From positions 3,424,001 to 3,488,000 of the forward strand of contig OZ244799.1 of the NCBI GenBank assembly GCA_965219955.1: 64,000 nucleotides of DNA. Direction: 5' to 3'. The notes beneath the pieces were generated by a model. The model ran no database searches. It was not told the DNA's origin and saw nothing but the letters and a program-made list of their open reading frames with translations. Source of the stretch: a bacterium. Its GTDB lineage: Bacteria; UBA8248. Of the stretch, positions 20,152 through 33,393 are shown in pieces. Position 1 is the stretch's first letter; the number at the start of each line of letters is the position of its first letter. The position numbers and the translations under genes were made by a program.

Positions 20152-20272
20152 GAAAAGCCTCCTTCCAGGTTGAATCCATTCACATAGCAAGCCGTTTCGC
20201 GATGCGGAGAACATACACGCAACGCCTGCGCGTTCACAAGGAAACTTTGTGGCGAATCACCCGTCCCGAGCT

Positions 20273-20300
20273 TTGACGCTTGATTCGCATCCGTGATAAT
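20273..20300 (+). promoter_or_regulatory. Candidate sigma70 promoter of the SBP gene
   Basis: TTGACG-16 nt-GATAAT; homologous ttgacg...gtgata conserved upstream of the second copy (about 22265). Confidence 0.45.
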
Positions 20301-20416
20301 TTTCCTGAATACAAGGACAGGCAAACTACTCGACACTCTCAGAATTTCAAAAGATGTTTTCATCTTCACCGGAGCAGGTTTTGCAAGCTGTTCTATTCCT
20401 TAAAGGAGGAAAACCC

Positions 20417-21946
20417 ATGCGGAAGTTTCTCGTAATCCTGGCCGTCTTCGCCATACTGGCGATGGGCGCGCCCGTGACGGCTGACGCGAAGAGCACCGTC
20501 ACCATCGCCCTCTCGGGCGAACCACCGACGATGGACCCGCACCGCGTCTCGAACTTCGTCGGCGCGATGGTCTGGCGTTGGAGCTACGACACCCTTCTTC
20601 ACGCCGAGACCGGAACCGGCGAGAAAAAGCCCTGGCTCGCCACGAAGTGGACCCAACTCGGTCCCCTGAAGTGGAAGTTCCAGCTGAGAAAGGGCGTCAA
20701 GTTCTCGGACGGCTCGCCCTTCACGGCGGAGAGCTTCAAGTACACCATCAGCCGCATCATGAAGTCCGCGCGGCAGAGGCAGTACTTCAAGAACATCGAA
20801 AAGATCGAAGTCATCGACGACCACACCTTCATCTATCATAATAGAGAACCCGACGGCGGCATGTGGAACCGCCTGACCCGCTGGGCCGGCCCCATCAGCC
20901 TGAAAACCAAGGGCATGGAACTCGCCCACATCTCGCGCAACACCTACGGTACGGGCCCCTACGTCCTGAAATCCTGGACCAAGGGCCAGAAGATGGTGTT
21001 CGACGCGAACCCGAACTGGTGGAACAACAAGAACTTCCCGAAGCGGCCGCAGCGTGTCGTCCTCCGCCGCATCCGCGAGAGCGCCACGCGCGCCAAGGCG
21101 CTGCAGGCGGGCGAGATCGACGTGGCCTGGGGCATCATGCCGCAGTTCATCCCCCAGCTCGAGAAAAACCCGAAGACGAAAGTCGCCGTCGTCCCCGCCG
21201 TGCGCATCATGCACATGGGCTTCTTCACCAGACACGGCGGCCCGATGGCCAACGTGAAGGTGCGCCAGGCGATCAACTACGCCATCGACGCGGAAGCCAT
21301 CCGCACCACCATCCTGGGCGGACGCGCGGACCTGTTCGGCCAGATGCTCCACCCCTGGAACTACTCGGGCTACAACCCCAAGAAAAAATGGTACGGCTAC
21401 GACCCGGCCAAGGCGAAGGCCCTCCTCAAGGAAGCCGGCCACGAAAAGGGCTTCAAGATGGAAGTCATCGCCACGAACGGCCGCTACCCTGGCGACAAGG
21501 CCACGTGTGAGGCCATCGCCGGCATGGTCAAGAAAATCGGCGTGGACGCCACGTGCAACTCCCAGCGCTTCCCGCTCTTCAAGAAGCTGCACCGCGCCTA
21601 CAAGGCCGGCAAGAAAAAAGGCGCCGCCGCCTACTACATGGGCTTCGGCAACGGCCAGGGCGACTCCACCTCCGTGCTTCGCGGAACGTCGAGCTGCAAA
21701 GGCCCCTGGAGCGGCATGTGCTACCCGGAACTGGATAAGGCGATCGACGCGGCCACGGCTACCGTCGACCCGAAGAAACAGCAGATGGCGTTCGAAGGCG
21801 TAACCGACTTAATGAAAAAACTGGTCACGCACAAGATCGTCGTGAAGATCCACGACGTGCTCGGCCATGGTTCGAACCTGAAATGGACCCCGCGCCACGA
21901 CGAGACGCTTCTCCCCTGGGAGATCGGAGTGCTCGGCATGAACTAG
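20417..21946 (+). CDS. Family-5 ABC substrate-binding protein (copy 1)
   Basis: Signal peptide, LRKGVKFSDG, GTGPY, VRQAINYAID; AAGGAGG RBS. Confidence 0.93.
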   Translation: MRKFLVILAVFAILAMGAPVTADAKSTVTIALSGEPPTMDPHRVSNFVGAMVWRWSYDTLLHAETGTGEKKPWLATKWTQLGPLKWKFQLRKGVKFSDGSPFTAESFKYTISRIMKSARQRQYFKNIEKIEVIDDHTFIYHNREPDGGMWNRLTRWAGPISLKTKGMELAHISRNTYGTGPYVLKSWTKGQKMVFDANPNWWNNKNFPKRPQRVVLRRIRESATRAKALQAGEIDVAWGIMPQFIPQLEKNPKTKVAVVPAVRIMHMGFFTRHGGPMANVKVRQAINYAIDAEAIRTTILGGRADLFGQMLHPWNYSGYNPKKKWYGYDPAKAKALLKEAGHEKGFKMEVIATNGRYPGDKATCEAIAGMVKKIGVDATCNSQRFPLFKKLHRAYKAGKKKGAAAYYMGFGNGQGDSTSVLRGTSSCKGPWSGMCYPELDKAIDAATATVDPKKQQMAFEGVTDLMKKLVTHKIVVKIHDVLGHGSNLKWTPRHDETLLPWEIGVLGMN

Positions 21947-21969
21947 GCGGGTATTTTTGCCGCATCACG

Positions 21970-22006
21970 CCGCGGGGGGTGGATAGGCACCCCCCGCGGT
22001 TTTTTT
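21970..22006 (+). terminator. Rho-independent terminator
   Basis: ccgcggggggtg-loop-caccccccgcgg followed by a T-run. Confidence 0.8.
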
Positions 22007-22044
22007 ACCTTCACGAATCAACCGCTCATCTGCGAAGTTCAACT

Positions 22045-22150
22045 ATGAGACTCGGCATCTTTCTGTCCGCTCAGCAACTGCGGCCAAAGATAGCGCTCCC
22101 CGAAATTCAGAAACCACGAGCCGATTACGTTCTCCACCGTTAAGCCTCCT
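22045..22150. pseudogene. Duplication-junction relics: 5' fragment of the LLM gene (+) fused to the 5' fragment of the alpha/beta hydrolase gene (-)
   Basis: atgagactcggcatctttctgtccgc matches the 24037 start; gaaaccacgagccga matches 20121-20135. Confidence 0.75.
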
Positions 22151-22408
22151 CCTCCTGGAAACGTCGGACGCATTCATATATTACACTTCGCGGTACGGGG
22201 AACATGCACGCGATGTCCCCGCGTTCACCAGGAATCCAGGCGGCGACAAGTCGTTTCCCTGCTTTGACGCTTTGTTCTCATCCGTGATAGATTTTTCGCA
22301 TACAACAAAAAAGAGAAAGCGACGTAACTCTCTCGAGGAACCAAAGAGGTGTATTTGTTCTTCACCGGGGCAGGTATTGCAACCTGTCCCTCCAAAGGAG
22401 GAAAACCC

Positions 22409-23938
22409 ATGCGGAAATTTCTCGTAATCCTGGCGGTCTTCGCGGTTCTGGCGATGGGCGCGCCCGTGACGGCTGACGCGAAAAGCACCGTCACCATCGC
22501 CCTGACGGGCGAACCACCGACGATGGACCCGCACCGCGTCTCGAACTTCATCGGCGCGATGGTCTGGCGTTGGAGTTATGACACCCTTATTCACGCCGAG
22601 ACCGGAACGGGCGCGAAAAAGCCCTGGCTCGCCACGAAGTGGGTGAAAGTAACCCCCAAGAGCGCGAAGTTCCATCTGAGAAAGGGCGTCAAGTTCTCGG
22701 ACGGCACGCGCCTGACGGCGGAAAACTTCAAGTACACGATGACCCGTGTCTTGAAATCCGCGCGCCAGAGAACATACTTCAAGAACTTCGACAAAATCGA
22801 AATTCTCGACGACAACACTTTCATCTACCACAACAAACAGCCCGACAGCGGTATGTGGAACCGCCTGACCCGCTGGGCCGGCTCCATCAGCCTGAAGACC
22901 AAGGGCATGGAACTCGCCCACATCTCGCGCAACACCTACGGCACGGGCCCCTACGTCCTGAAATCCTGGACCAAGGGCCAGAAGATGGTGTTCGACGCGA
23001 ACCCGAACTGGTGGAACAACAAGAACTTCCCGAAGCGGCCGCAGCGCATCGTCCTCCGCCGCATCCGCGAGAGCGCCACGCGCGCCAAGGCGTTACAAGC
23101 GGGCGAGATCGACGTGGCCTGGGGCATCATGCCGCAGTTCATCCCCCAGCTCGAGAAAAACCCGAAGACGGCAGTCGCCGTCGTCCCCGCCGTGCGCATC
23201 ATGCACATGGGCTTCTTCACGAGACACGGCGGCCCGATGGCCAACGTGAAGGTGCGCCAGGCGATCAACTACGCCATCGACGCGGAAGCCATCCGCACGA
23301 CCATCCTGGGCGGACGCGCCGACCTGTTCGGCCAGATGCTCCACCCCTGGAACTACTCGGGCTACAACCCCAAGAAAAAATGGTACGGCTACGACCCGGC
23401 CAAGGCGAAGGCCCTCCTGAAAGAAACCGGCCACGAAAAGGGCTTCAAGATGGAAATCGTCGCCACGAACGGCCGCTACCCGGGCGACAAGGCCACGTGT
23501 GAGGCCATCGCCGGCATGGTCAAGAAAGTCGGCGTGGACGCCACGTGCAACTCCCAGCGCTTCCCGCTCTTCAAGAAGCTACACCGCGCCTACAAGGCCG
23601 GCAAGAAAAAAGGCGCTGCGGCCTACTACATGGGCTTCGGCAACGGCGGGGGTGATTCCTCCGGCGTGCTTCGCGGAACCTCAGGCTGCAAAGGCGCCTG
23701 GAGCGGCATGTGCTTCAAGGAGTTGGACGCCCTGATCGACAAGGCCAACGCCACCGTCGACGAGAAAGAGCAGCAGATGGCGTTCGAGGCCGTGACCGAC
23801 AAGATGAAAGCATTGGCCACGCACAAGATCGTCGTGAAGATCCACGACGTGCTCGGCCACCGGGCGAACCTCAAGTGGACCCCGCGCCACGACGAGACGC
23901 TTCTCCCCTGGGAGATCGAAGTGCTCGGCATGAACTAA
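22409..23938 (+). CDS. Family-5 ABC substrate-binding protein (copy 2, tandem paralog)
   Basis: Same length (509 aa) and long identical stretches with copy 1; offset 1992 bp. Confidence 0.93.
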   Translation: MRKFLVILAVFAVLAMGAPVTADAKSTVTIALTGEPPTMDPHRVSNFIGAMVWRWSYDTLIHAETGTGAKKPWLATKWVKVTPKSAKFHLRKGVKFSDGTRLTAENFKYTMTRVLKSARQRTYFKNFDKIEILDDNTFIYHNKQPDSGMWNRLTRWAGSISLKTKGMELAHISRNTYGTGPYVLKSWTKGQKMVFDANPNWWNNKNFPKRPQRIVLRRIRESATRAKALQAGEIDVAWGIMPQFIPQLEKNPKTAVAVVPAVRIMHMGFFTRHGGPMANVKVRQAINYAIDAEAIRTTILGGRADLFGQMLHPWNYSGYNPKKKWYGYDPAKAKALLKETGHEKGFKMEIVATNGRYPGDKATCEAIAGMVKKVGVDATCNSQRFPLFKKLHRAYKAGKKKGAAAYYMGFGNGGGDSSGVLRGTSGCKGAWSGMCFKELDALIDKANATVDEKEQQMAFEAVTDKMKALATHKIVVKIHDVLGHRANLKWTPRHDETLLPWEIEVLGMN

Positions 23939-23961
23939 GCGGGTGTTTTCGCTGCATCACG

Positions 23962-23997
23962 CCGCGGGGGGTGCTCGACGCCCCCCGCGGTTTTTTT
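23962..23997 (+). terminator. Rho-independent terminator
   Basis: ccgcgggggg-loop-ccccccgcgg followed by T7. Confidence 0.8.
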
Positions 23998-24036
23998 ACA
24001 CCTTCAAGGACAAACCGCTTTTTTTGAGGTTCAGAT

Positions 24037-25044
24037 ATGAAATTCGGCATCTTTCTGTCCGCACAGCAAACCCTGGACGCCAATCTGGTAGAAGCCTTTC
24101 ATTCTCAAATAGACCTTGTTCGCCTTACGCGTGACAAGGGTTGGGATTCTTTTTTCACCGGACAGCACTACCTGAGCGAAGGCAACGTGCAGCACCTGCA
24201 GAACCTGCCCTTTCTCGCGCGGCTCAAGGCCGAGGCGGGCGACATGATGCTCGGCATCGGTGTGTTGCTCATCAACCTGCACAACCCGGTCTACGTGGCG
24301 GAGACCGTCGCCACCATGGACGTCATCGCCGAGGGCAACATGGCGTTCGGCGTCGGCCTCGGCTACCGCGACGTGGAGTTCGACGCCTTCGGCGTCCGGC
24401 GGGGCGAGCGGTTGAAGCGCTTCGTGGACTGCCTCGAACTGGTGAAGCGCCTGTGGACGGAAGAATCCGTGTCGTTCGAGAGCGAATACTGCACGCTCGA
24501 AGACGTGCGCATGAACATGCGTCCCGTGCAAAAACCGCATCCGCCCATCTGGTTCGCGGCGAACAACGACCCGGCCGTGAAGCGCGCGGCGCACATGGGC
24601 GACACGCTGTTCATCAACCCCCACGCCACCACGCAGACCATCGCGCGCCAGATGGACGTCTACCGCGAAGGCCTGGCGGAGGCGGGAAAACCCTTCCCGG
24701 AAGAGCTTCCCTGCATGAAGGAGGTCTTCTGCGCCAGGGACAGGAAAACGGCGCTCGAACTCGCAGGCCCCTATCTCGGCCAGAAATACAGGGACTACGC
24801 ACGATGGGGGCAGGACAAGGCACTGCCCGGAGATGAAACCTTCGAACAGCCCTTCGAGGACCTGCTCAAGGATCGCTTCGTCATCGGCTCGCCGGAGGAT
24901 TGCTACGATCAGCTAAAACCCTACAAGGATATGGGCGTGAACCATCTCATCATCCGCACGCACTGGATCGGCATGCCCGCGTCCTCGGCGCTCGAAAGCG
25001 CGCGGCTCATCTCCGACGAACTCATGCCCGCGCTGAAAGCGTAG
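24037..25044 (+). CDS. LLM-class flavin-dependent oxidoreductase
   Basis: MKFGIF, GQHY, HNPVYVAE, GVGLGYR, PVQKPHPPIW, IGSPE. Confidence 0.92.
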   Translation: MKFGIFLSAQQTLDANLVEAFHSQIDLVRLTRDKGWDSFFTGQHYLSEGNVQHLQNLPFLARLKAEAGDMMLGIGVLLINLHNPVYVAETVATMDVIAEGNMAFGVGLGYRDVEFDAFGVRRGERLKRFVDCLELVKRLWTEESVSFESEYCTLEDVRMNMRPVQKPHPPIWFAANNDPAVKRAAHMGDTLFINPHATTQTIARQMDVYREGLAEAGKPFPEELPCMKEVFCARDRKTALELAGPYLGQKYRDYARWGQDKALPGDETFEQPFEDLLKDRFVIGSPEDCYDQLKPYKDMGVNHLIIRTHWIGMPASSALESARLISDELMPALKA

Positions 25045-25075
25045 AACGCTCCCGAGCCCGGAAGGAGACACCATC

Positions 25076-26266
25076 ATGGCCTCTGCAAAAGACTTCCCCC
25101 GCTACCCGAAAACCGAATACGCCCGCCGCTACCGCGAGATCAGAAAAAGAATGCGCGCGCGGGGAATCGACGTCCTCATCTTCTACGGGGATTCGGGAAT
25201 GCAGGGCGGCAACCAGGCCAACCTCAAATACGTCACGAACTACAAGGACCCGGTGAGCAGTTTCTTCGTCTTTCCGCTCAGGGGCGCGCCCGCCCTTTTC
25301 ATATCGAACAGGCTCTACCTCCCCTACGCCAAAAAGATGAGCATCATCGCGAAGACGGAAGCCGTGGACTACGAGCCGGGCGCGAAGGTCGAAGGACGCA
25401 TCCGCGAACTGGGACTCGAGAAAGGGACCATCGGCCTGGTCGGCTTTCGCGGCATTCTGCCTGTCTCCATGCCGTTCAGCGTGGTGGACCACTGGCGAAA
25501 GGCCCTCAAAGGCGCAGAATTCACCGACGCTTCGGACATCCTCGCCGAGGTGCGGCTCATCAAGAGTCGTGAGGAACTCAAGTGGTTCCGGCGCGGCGCG
25601 GCGCTCACCGACATGGCCTTCGAAGCCCTGGATAAAAAAGCGAAGATCGGCATGAACGAGTTCGAACTCGCCGCCACCATCTCCGGCGCATACGTGCCAA
25701 AAGGCGGGAGCCCGCAGCTCATCTTCGTGGGTTCGACCTCCATGGCGAGGCCGCAGCTCATCTTCCCGAACCAGTTCCCTTCGCACCGCAAGATCAGAAA
25801 AGGCGACATCGTGCTGACGGAGTTATCCGCAGATTACGAGATGCACCCCGGCCAGGCGCACCGGCCCATCTCCGTCGGAGTGGCGCCGACCCCCATCTAC
25901 CGGAAACTCTACGAAGTGGGCGTGGAAGCCTACGAGCGCATCCTCAAGGCGTTGAAGCCGGGCAATACGCACGAGGACATCAAGCGCGCGGGCTCCATCA
26001 TCGAGGAGGAGGGCTTCACGACCTTCGACACCACCTTCCACGGCTGGGGGCTGCTGATCGAAAACCCCCGCGTCGACGTGGCCGCCACCATCCTCAAGCG
26101 CCCCCAGAACGAGATCACCTTCACCGAAGGCATGCTCATGGTGATTCAGCCCAACGTCTGCACGGCGGACGGCAAGCGCGGCCTCCAGGTGGGAAACCTC
26201 GTGGAAGTCACCAAAACAGGCGCGCGCGCCCTCCAGAAGTTCCCCATGAAGTTCATGCGCATATAA
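25076..26266 (+). CDS. M24 (Xaa-Pro peptidase/creatinase) family protein with non-canonical metal ligands
   Basis: Creatinase-like N-domain, RLIKSREE, HGWGL, GMLMVIQPN. Confidence 0.82.
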   Translation: MASAKDFPRYPKTEYARRYREIRKRMRARGIDVLIFYGDSGMQGGNQANLKYVTNYKDPVSSFFVFPLRGAPALFISNRLYLPYAKKMSIIAKTEAVDYEPGAKVEGRIRELGLEKGTIGLVGFRGILPVSMPFSVVDHWRKALKGAEFTDASDILAEVRLIKSREELKWFRRGAALTDMAFEALDKKAKIGMNEFELAATISGAYVPKGGSPQLIFVGSTSMARPQLIFPNQFPSHRKIRKGDIVLTELSADYEMHPGQAHRPISVGVAPTPIYRKLYEVGVEAYERILKALKPGNTHEDIKRAGSIIEEEGFTTFDTTFHGWGLLIENPRVDVAATILKRPQNEITFTEGMLMVIQPNVCTADGKRGLQVGNLVEVTKTGARALQKFPMKFMRI

Positions 26267-26303
26267 AAAGCCGCCCCGCAGGTTCTCTGCGGGGCGGCTT
26301 TTT
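26266..26303. terminator. Bidirectional rho-independent terminator
   Basis: aaaagccgccccgcag-ttct-ctgcggggcggcttttt-type hairpin between convergent genes. Confidence 0.8.
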
Positions 26304-26315
26304 GTTCTGGAAAAA

Positions 26316-26759
26316 TCAGTTGGCCGGCATGGCCGCGATCTTCTCTCCCAAATCCTCGGCGAGAGGGGAGCCCAGGCTTTTGAGCTTTTCCAAATCCGCC
26401 AGGGCGGCCGCTTTGTTGCCGGCCATGACGTGGGCGACGCCCCTGTATTCGAGAGCGGGCGCGTAGTCGGGCTTGATGGAGAGCGCCCTGTTGTAGGCGG
26501 CGATGCCCTCTTTCGCCTTGCCCATCTTCCTCAGGGAATAGCCCAGCATGTTGAAGGCCTTGTAATGCTGATCGTCTTCTTCGATCACCTTCAGGAACAG
26601 GGCCGCCGCCTCCGCCCATTTTCCCTGCCGAGCCTTTTCCTCTCCTTGCGCATAATTCTGTCCAGCCATCTCGGGCTTGGGATCCCCCGCCGGATGGGAG
26701 GGCGCCGCCAGGGCGAGCGACATCACGAACGCGAAAACAACGAGGGACACGATTTTCAT
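26316..26759 (-). CDS. Secreted TPR-repeat protein
   Basis: Signal peptide; AFNMLGYSLRKMG, YNRALSIKPDY, ALEYRG TPR motifs. Confidence 0.85.
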   Translation of the reverse strand: MKIVSLVVFAFVMSLALAAPSHPAGDPKPEMAGQNYAQGEEKARQGKWAEAAALFLKVIEEDDQHYKAFNMLGYSLRKMGKAKEGIAAYNRALSIKPDYAPALEYRGVAHVMAGNKAAALADLEKLKSLGSPLAEDLGEKIAAMPAN

Positions 26760-26868
26760 GGCATCATCTCCTGGAAACGAAACTTTCATCATTAGACGGC
26801 AAATTTTCGATTGGGCGCGTCCGTCGTTACACTTGAGCAAGACGCAGTTTCGGATTCAGGTATACGGC

Positions 26869-26915
26869 AAAAAAAGAGGGCCGTCATTCACCCCCTCGGG
26901 TAAGCGACGGCCCTC
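26869..26915 (-). terminator. Rho-independent terminator of the atp cluster
   Basis: gagggccgtc...gacggccctc stem followed by T7 on the minus strand, downstream of atpC. Confidence 0.75.
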
Positions 26916-26929
26916 ATGCGAAATATCCG

Positions 26930-27355
26930 CTAGTTGTTGAGACCGCTTTGGTTCGCCACGGAAATGCGCGCGATGGCGCGCTTGAGGGCCATCTCGGCCC
27001 GATCGAAATCGAGTTCTTCCTCGGCCTTCTGACCCGACATGCGCTCCTGCGCGCGCTGCCGCGACGCCTGCGCGCGCCCGGCGTCGATGTCCTCGGCCCG
27101 CTCGGCGCTCTCCGCCAGGATGGTAATCTTCTCCGGGCCTACCTCGGCGTATCCCTCGATGATGGATACGAAATACCGCGCGCTGCCCGTGCGGTAGCTG
27201 AGCACCCCGACGCCGAGTTGGCACAGGTAGGGCGTGTGCTGGGGCAGCACGCCGAACTCGCCGTAAAACCCCGGAGCCGTCACCTCGTCCACCTCGGCGG
27301 AGACGAGCTTGCGCTCGGGCGTTACGATGTCGAGCATCATCTTGCCTTCAACCAT
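26930..27355 (-). CDS. atpC: F1 ATP synthase epsilon subunit
   Basis: LDIVTPER, GEFGVLPQH, LAESAE; last gene of atp cluster. Confidence 0.95.
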   Translation of the reverse strand: MVEGKMMLDIVTPERKLVSAEVDEVTAPGFYGEFGVLPQHTPYLCQLGVGVLSYRTGSARYFVSIIEGYAEVGPEKITILAESAERAEDIDAGRAQASRQRAQERMSGQKAEEELDFDRAEMALKRAIARISVANQSGLNN

Positions 27356-27359
27356 CCCG

Positions 27360-28820
<1,461 letters not shown>

Positions 28821-28866
28821 TCATCGAGCGGCTCTTTTCGGGGTTGTTTTCTCGTTTCAGAATCCT

Positions 28867-29748
28867 CTACGCCAGCGCATCCGCCCCGGCCACCACCTCG
28901 AGCAACTCCGTGGTGATCGAAGCCTGGCGCACACGGTTCATCTGCAACGTCAGCGCCCCGATCATTTCCTCGGCGTTTCTGGACGCGTTGTCCATCGCCG
29001 TCATGCGGGCGCCGAACTCGCTCGCCTCCGCGTCGAGAAGCGACCTGTAGATCTGCACCCGCACGTGCCTGGGCAGGATGCTGTCCAGCACGCCCTCCAT
29101 CGAGGGCTCGTAAATGTATTCCGCCGCTACGGGCTCGCCTTGCTCGTCGATTGACTCGGGCACCGGAGGCGCCAGGGGCAAAAGCCGCGAGAGCCTCGGG
29201 CTCTGGCTCAGAATCGTGCGAAACTCCGTGGTGATGATGTGGACCTCATCGAAGCCCTCTTCGAGATACGCCCTGGTCATAATATCGGCCAGTTGGGTGG
29301 CGAGGGCGAAGTCGATCTTCCCGTAGACGTCCGTGAATTGCTCCTTGAACGCGAACTCCCGTCGCGCCAGGAAATCACGTCCCTTGCGGCCCACGACGAT
29401 GATCTCGGTCTCCTTGCCCTCTTCCTCGCGCTTCCTCAGGAACTGAAACGCCTGGCGAAGCAGGTTGGTGTTGTAGCCCCCGCAAAGACCCTTGTCCGAG
29501 GTGATGACGAGCAGAAGCACGCGATCATCCTTCATGTCGTCCCGGAGAAGGGGGTGGGTGTCCGCCGAGACTTTCGCGGCCAGCGAATTCACCAGTTCTT
29601 CTATCTTCTCGCTGTAGGGCCGGGCGCTCTCGATGCGCTCCTGTGCTCTCCGCACCTTCGAGGCCGCCACGAGCTTCATCGCCCGCGTGATCTGCTGGGT
29701 GTTTTTTACGCTGCGAATGCGGCGCTTGTAATCTCTGGTAGAAGCCAT
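28867..29748 (-). CDS. atpG: F1 ATP synthase gamma subunit
   Basis: QITRAMKLVA, SDKGLCG, ARMTAM, RQASITTE. Confidence 0.98.
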   Translation of the reverse strand: MASTRDYKRRIRSVKNTQQITRAMKLVAASKVRRAQERIESARPYSEKIEELVNSLAAKVSADTHPLLRDDMKDDRVLLLVITSDKGLCGGYNTNLLRQAFQFLRKREEEGKETEIIVVGRKGRDFLARREFAFKEQFTDVYGKIDFALATQLADIMTRAYLEEGFDEVHIITTEFRTILSQSPRLSRLLPLAPPVPESIDEQGEPVAAEYIYEPSMEGVLDSILPRHVRVQIYRSLLDAEASEFGARMTAMDNASRNAEEMIGALTLQMNRVRQASITTELLEVVAGADALA

Positions 29749-29754
29749 TTTCCA

Positions 29755-31296
<1,542 letters not shown>

Positions 31297-31334
31297 GGAT
31301 TGCCCCCTCGATGCTTCAACTGGTTCAGAGAGTA

Positions 31335-31877
31335 TCAACTCGTAATCAACGTATTCCTTAAATTGCGTAGCTGGTTCTTGATGCTGCCGTCCATGACGAC
31401 GCCGCCCACGCGGCAGACCAGCCCGCCAATCAGTGTCTCGTCCGTCTCGACTTCCATGTGCACCTCGCTGCCCGTAATCTCGGAGAGTTTTTTACGGAGT
31501 TCCTCGATGGCGTTTGCATCCAGGTCGTAGGCAGCCTTCACCTGGGCGCGTACCCGGCCGCGCTTCTCATCCGCAAGCTGCTGGTAGCTGTGCGCCATGT
31601 CGGAGAGTTCGCCGATGCGGTCTTTCTCGGCCACCACGCGCACGAAATTGCGCAACAACTCACCCGCGCCCGAAGCGGCCATGATCTCATCGATGATTTT
31701 CACCCGTTCTGCGCGCGCGAAACGCGGGTTGAGCAAAACGCGCCGCAACTCCTGGTTTCCCTGAAACTCGCCCGCTATCTCCGACAGCGCCTCTCCGGTC
31801 TCATCCAGAACGCCGCGGCTCTCGGCGATGTCCACCAATGCCCGCGCATAACGGCGCGCCGCCTCACCACCAATCAC
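31335..31877 (-). CDS. atpH: F1 ATP synthase delta subunit
   Basis: [12 protein letters not shown]...DGSIK. Confidence 0.95.
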   Translation of the reverse strand: MIGGEAARRYARALVDIAESRGVLDETGEALSEIAGEFQGNQELRRVLLNPRFARAERVKIIDEIMAASGAGELLRNFVRVVAEKDRIGELSDMAHSYQQLADEKRGRVRAQVKAAYDLDANAIEELRKKLSEITGSEVHMEVETDETLIGGLVCRVGGVVMDGSIKNQLRNLRNTLITS

Positions 31878-32488
31878 AGCGATCCTCCGTTTCTATCGTC
31901 GAGCCTGGCGAGATAGTTCTCTACGAATCTTTCCTGATCCGCCTCACCCAAATCTTTTTTGAGCATCTCCTCGGCCAGGTTCAACGCCAGGCTCGCCGCC
32001 TGGTTCTGAAGCTCCGCTCGCGCCTTGGATGCTTCAAGCTCTATGGTCGTCCTGGTCTGTTCGAGCAGGCGCCTTGCCTGATTCTCCTGTTCTTCTTCGA
32101 GTCTTTCCCGCATCGCGACGCGTTCTTTCTCGCCCTGCTCGCGAACGCGCACGAGTTCGGCTTCCAGATCAGCTACCTTGGAGCGTTGCTCTGCAAGCTG
32201 TTTTTCCGCCTCTTCCCGGGCCGCCCGGGATTCCTCGAGCGCCTTGCGAACCCCCTCCCTCCTGTCTTTGAGGAAGTTCTTGATGGGGTTAAACGCGACC
32301 TTGTAGAGAATCGCCACGACGATAAGCGTATTGACGATCTTGAAGAGTTCCTCGGTAAAGCTGAACGCCTTGACGTGCGCTCCGGCATCCGCGGCGAGAA
32401 CCCATTCCGCGGAAAACAGAGCCGCCGCCAGAATCAGAAAGCTCGAAATGCTGCTGGATTTTTTCACTGAAAACACGGCTCTTCGCAT
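31874..32488 (-). CDS. atpF: F0 ATP synthase subunit b
   Basis: TM helix then coiled coil; position directly upstream of atpH. Confidence 0.88.
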   Translation of the reverse strand: MRRAVFSVKKSSSISSFLILAAALFSAEWVLAADAGAHVKAFSFTEELFKIVNTLIVVAILYKVAFNPIKNFLKDRREGVRKALEESRAAREEAEKQLAEQRSKVADLEAELVRVREQGEKERVAMRERLEEEQENQARRLLEQTRTTIELEASKARAELQNQAASLALNLAEEMLKKDLGEADQERFVENYLARLDDRNGGSL

Positions 32489-32491
32489 CCT

Positions 32492-33070
32492 CTATGCGAC
32501 ACTGCGGCCTGCAAGCCTCGTGGCGATTTCACCCGCCAGGCGGCTGGCCCCGCTCTCGAGTTCTGAAGCCGCCTGCTTCGCCTGCGCCGATATGGACTGG
32601 CGCGTCTCCTCGATCTCGCGGTTTGTTCTCTCGCGAACCTCATCGAGGCGCTTGCGGGTCGCTTCGGTCATCTCCTGCTGGAGCGCGATGAGGGCTTCGG
32701 TGTTCTCGCGCTGAATTTCCGCCAGCGCATCCTCGTACTGACTGATGTAACCGGCCGCCTCGCCCCTGTCGCGTTCGGCGGCCTCGAAGTCGCCGGAAAT
32801 CTGCGCGTCGCGAGATTCCATGTGGCTCATCAGGGGTTTAATCAGAATTTTGTTGAGGACAACCAGCAGGATCAGAAAGTTGGCCCACTGGATCAGGATG
32901 ACGATCGGGTTGATGATGAGGGCGCCGCTTCCCACGTTGAAGCCCGCAAGCCAGGCGCCGAACCCGCTTTGGGGGGCGCTCGCCGCCCAGGAGACGGAGG
33001 GCGCGACCAACAGCATGAGAACCAGCGTTAAACAGAACGCGAATCGTTTCAAACGAAATAGGCGGATCAT
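32492..33070 (-). CDS. atpF: F0 ATP synthase subunit b'
   Basis: IQWANFLILLVVLNKILIKP followed by coiled coil; start uncertain (33070 or 33088). Confidence 0.85.
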   Translation of the reverse strand: MIRLFRLKRFAFCLTLVLMLLVAPSVSWAASAPQSGFGAWLAGFNVGSGALIINPIVILIQWANFLILLVVLNKILIKPLMSHMESRDAQISGDFEAAERDRGEAAGYISQYEDALAEIQRENTEALIALQQEMTEATRKRLDEVRERTNREIEETRQSISAQAKQAASELESGASRLAGEIATRLAGRSVA

Positions 33071-33215
33071 CGCTTCCTCTGCCATCATGCCCCCTAACGG
33101 GCGCAAGCCCACCCCCATGAGGTCAGGCGCTTCCACGAAAACCATCGGGGAATGGCGTGTGAATTCGTATGGTTTTCAGGGGCATGGCTTGATTTCCGGC
33201 CCCGAAAAACGCTTA

Positions 33216-33244
33216 AAACTACCCACAGGCCTACCCGAAGTCAA
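33216..33244 (-). promoter_or_regulatory. Candidate sigma70 promoter of the atp cluster
   Basis: Minus strand TTGACT-17 nt-TAGTTT. Confidence 0.5.
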
Positions 33245-33393
33245 GCCCCCCAGGGATTTTTTCCAACTTCTTGGATTCGAGTCGCCCGGCCCTGGATTTC
33301 GGGCGCACTTCGCTCCCCGCTCGAGGTGATTTGTGCTATTTTCCAGACAATCCCGAAACTCTCGCTTCACCGGCTTCATTCATGGAGAAAGCA

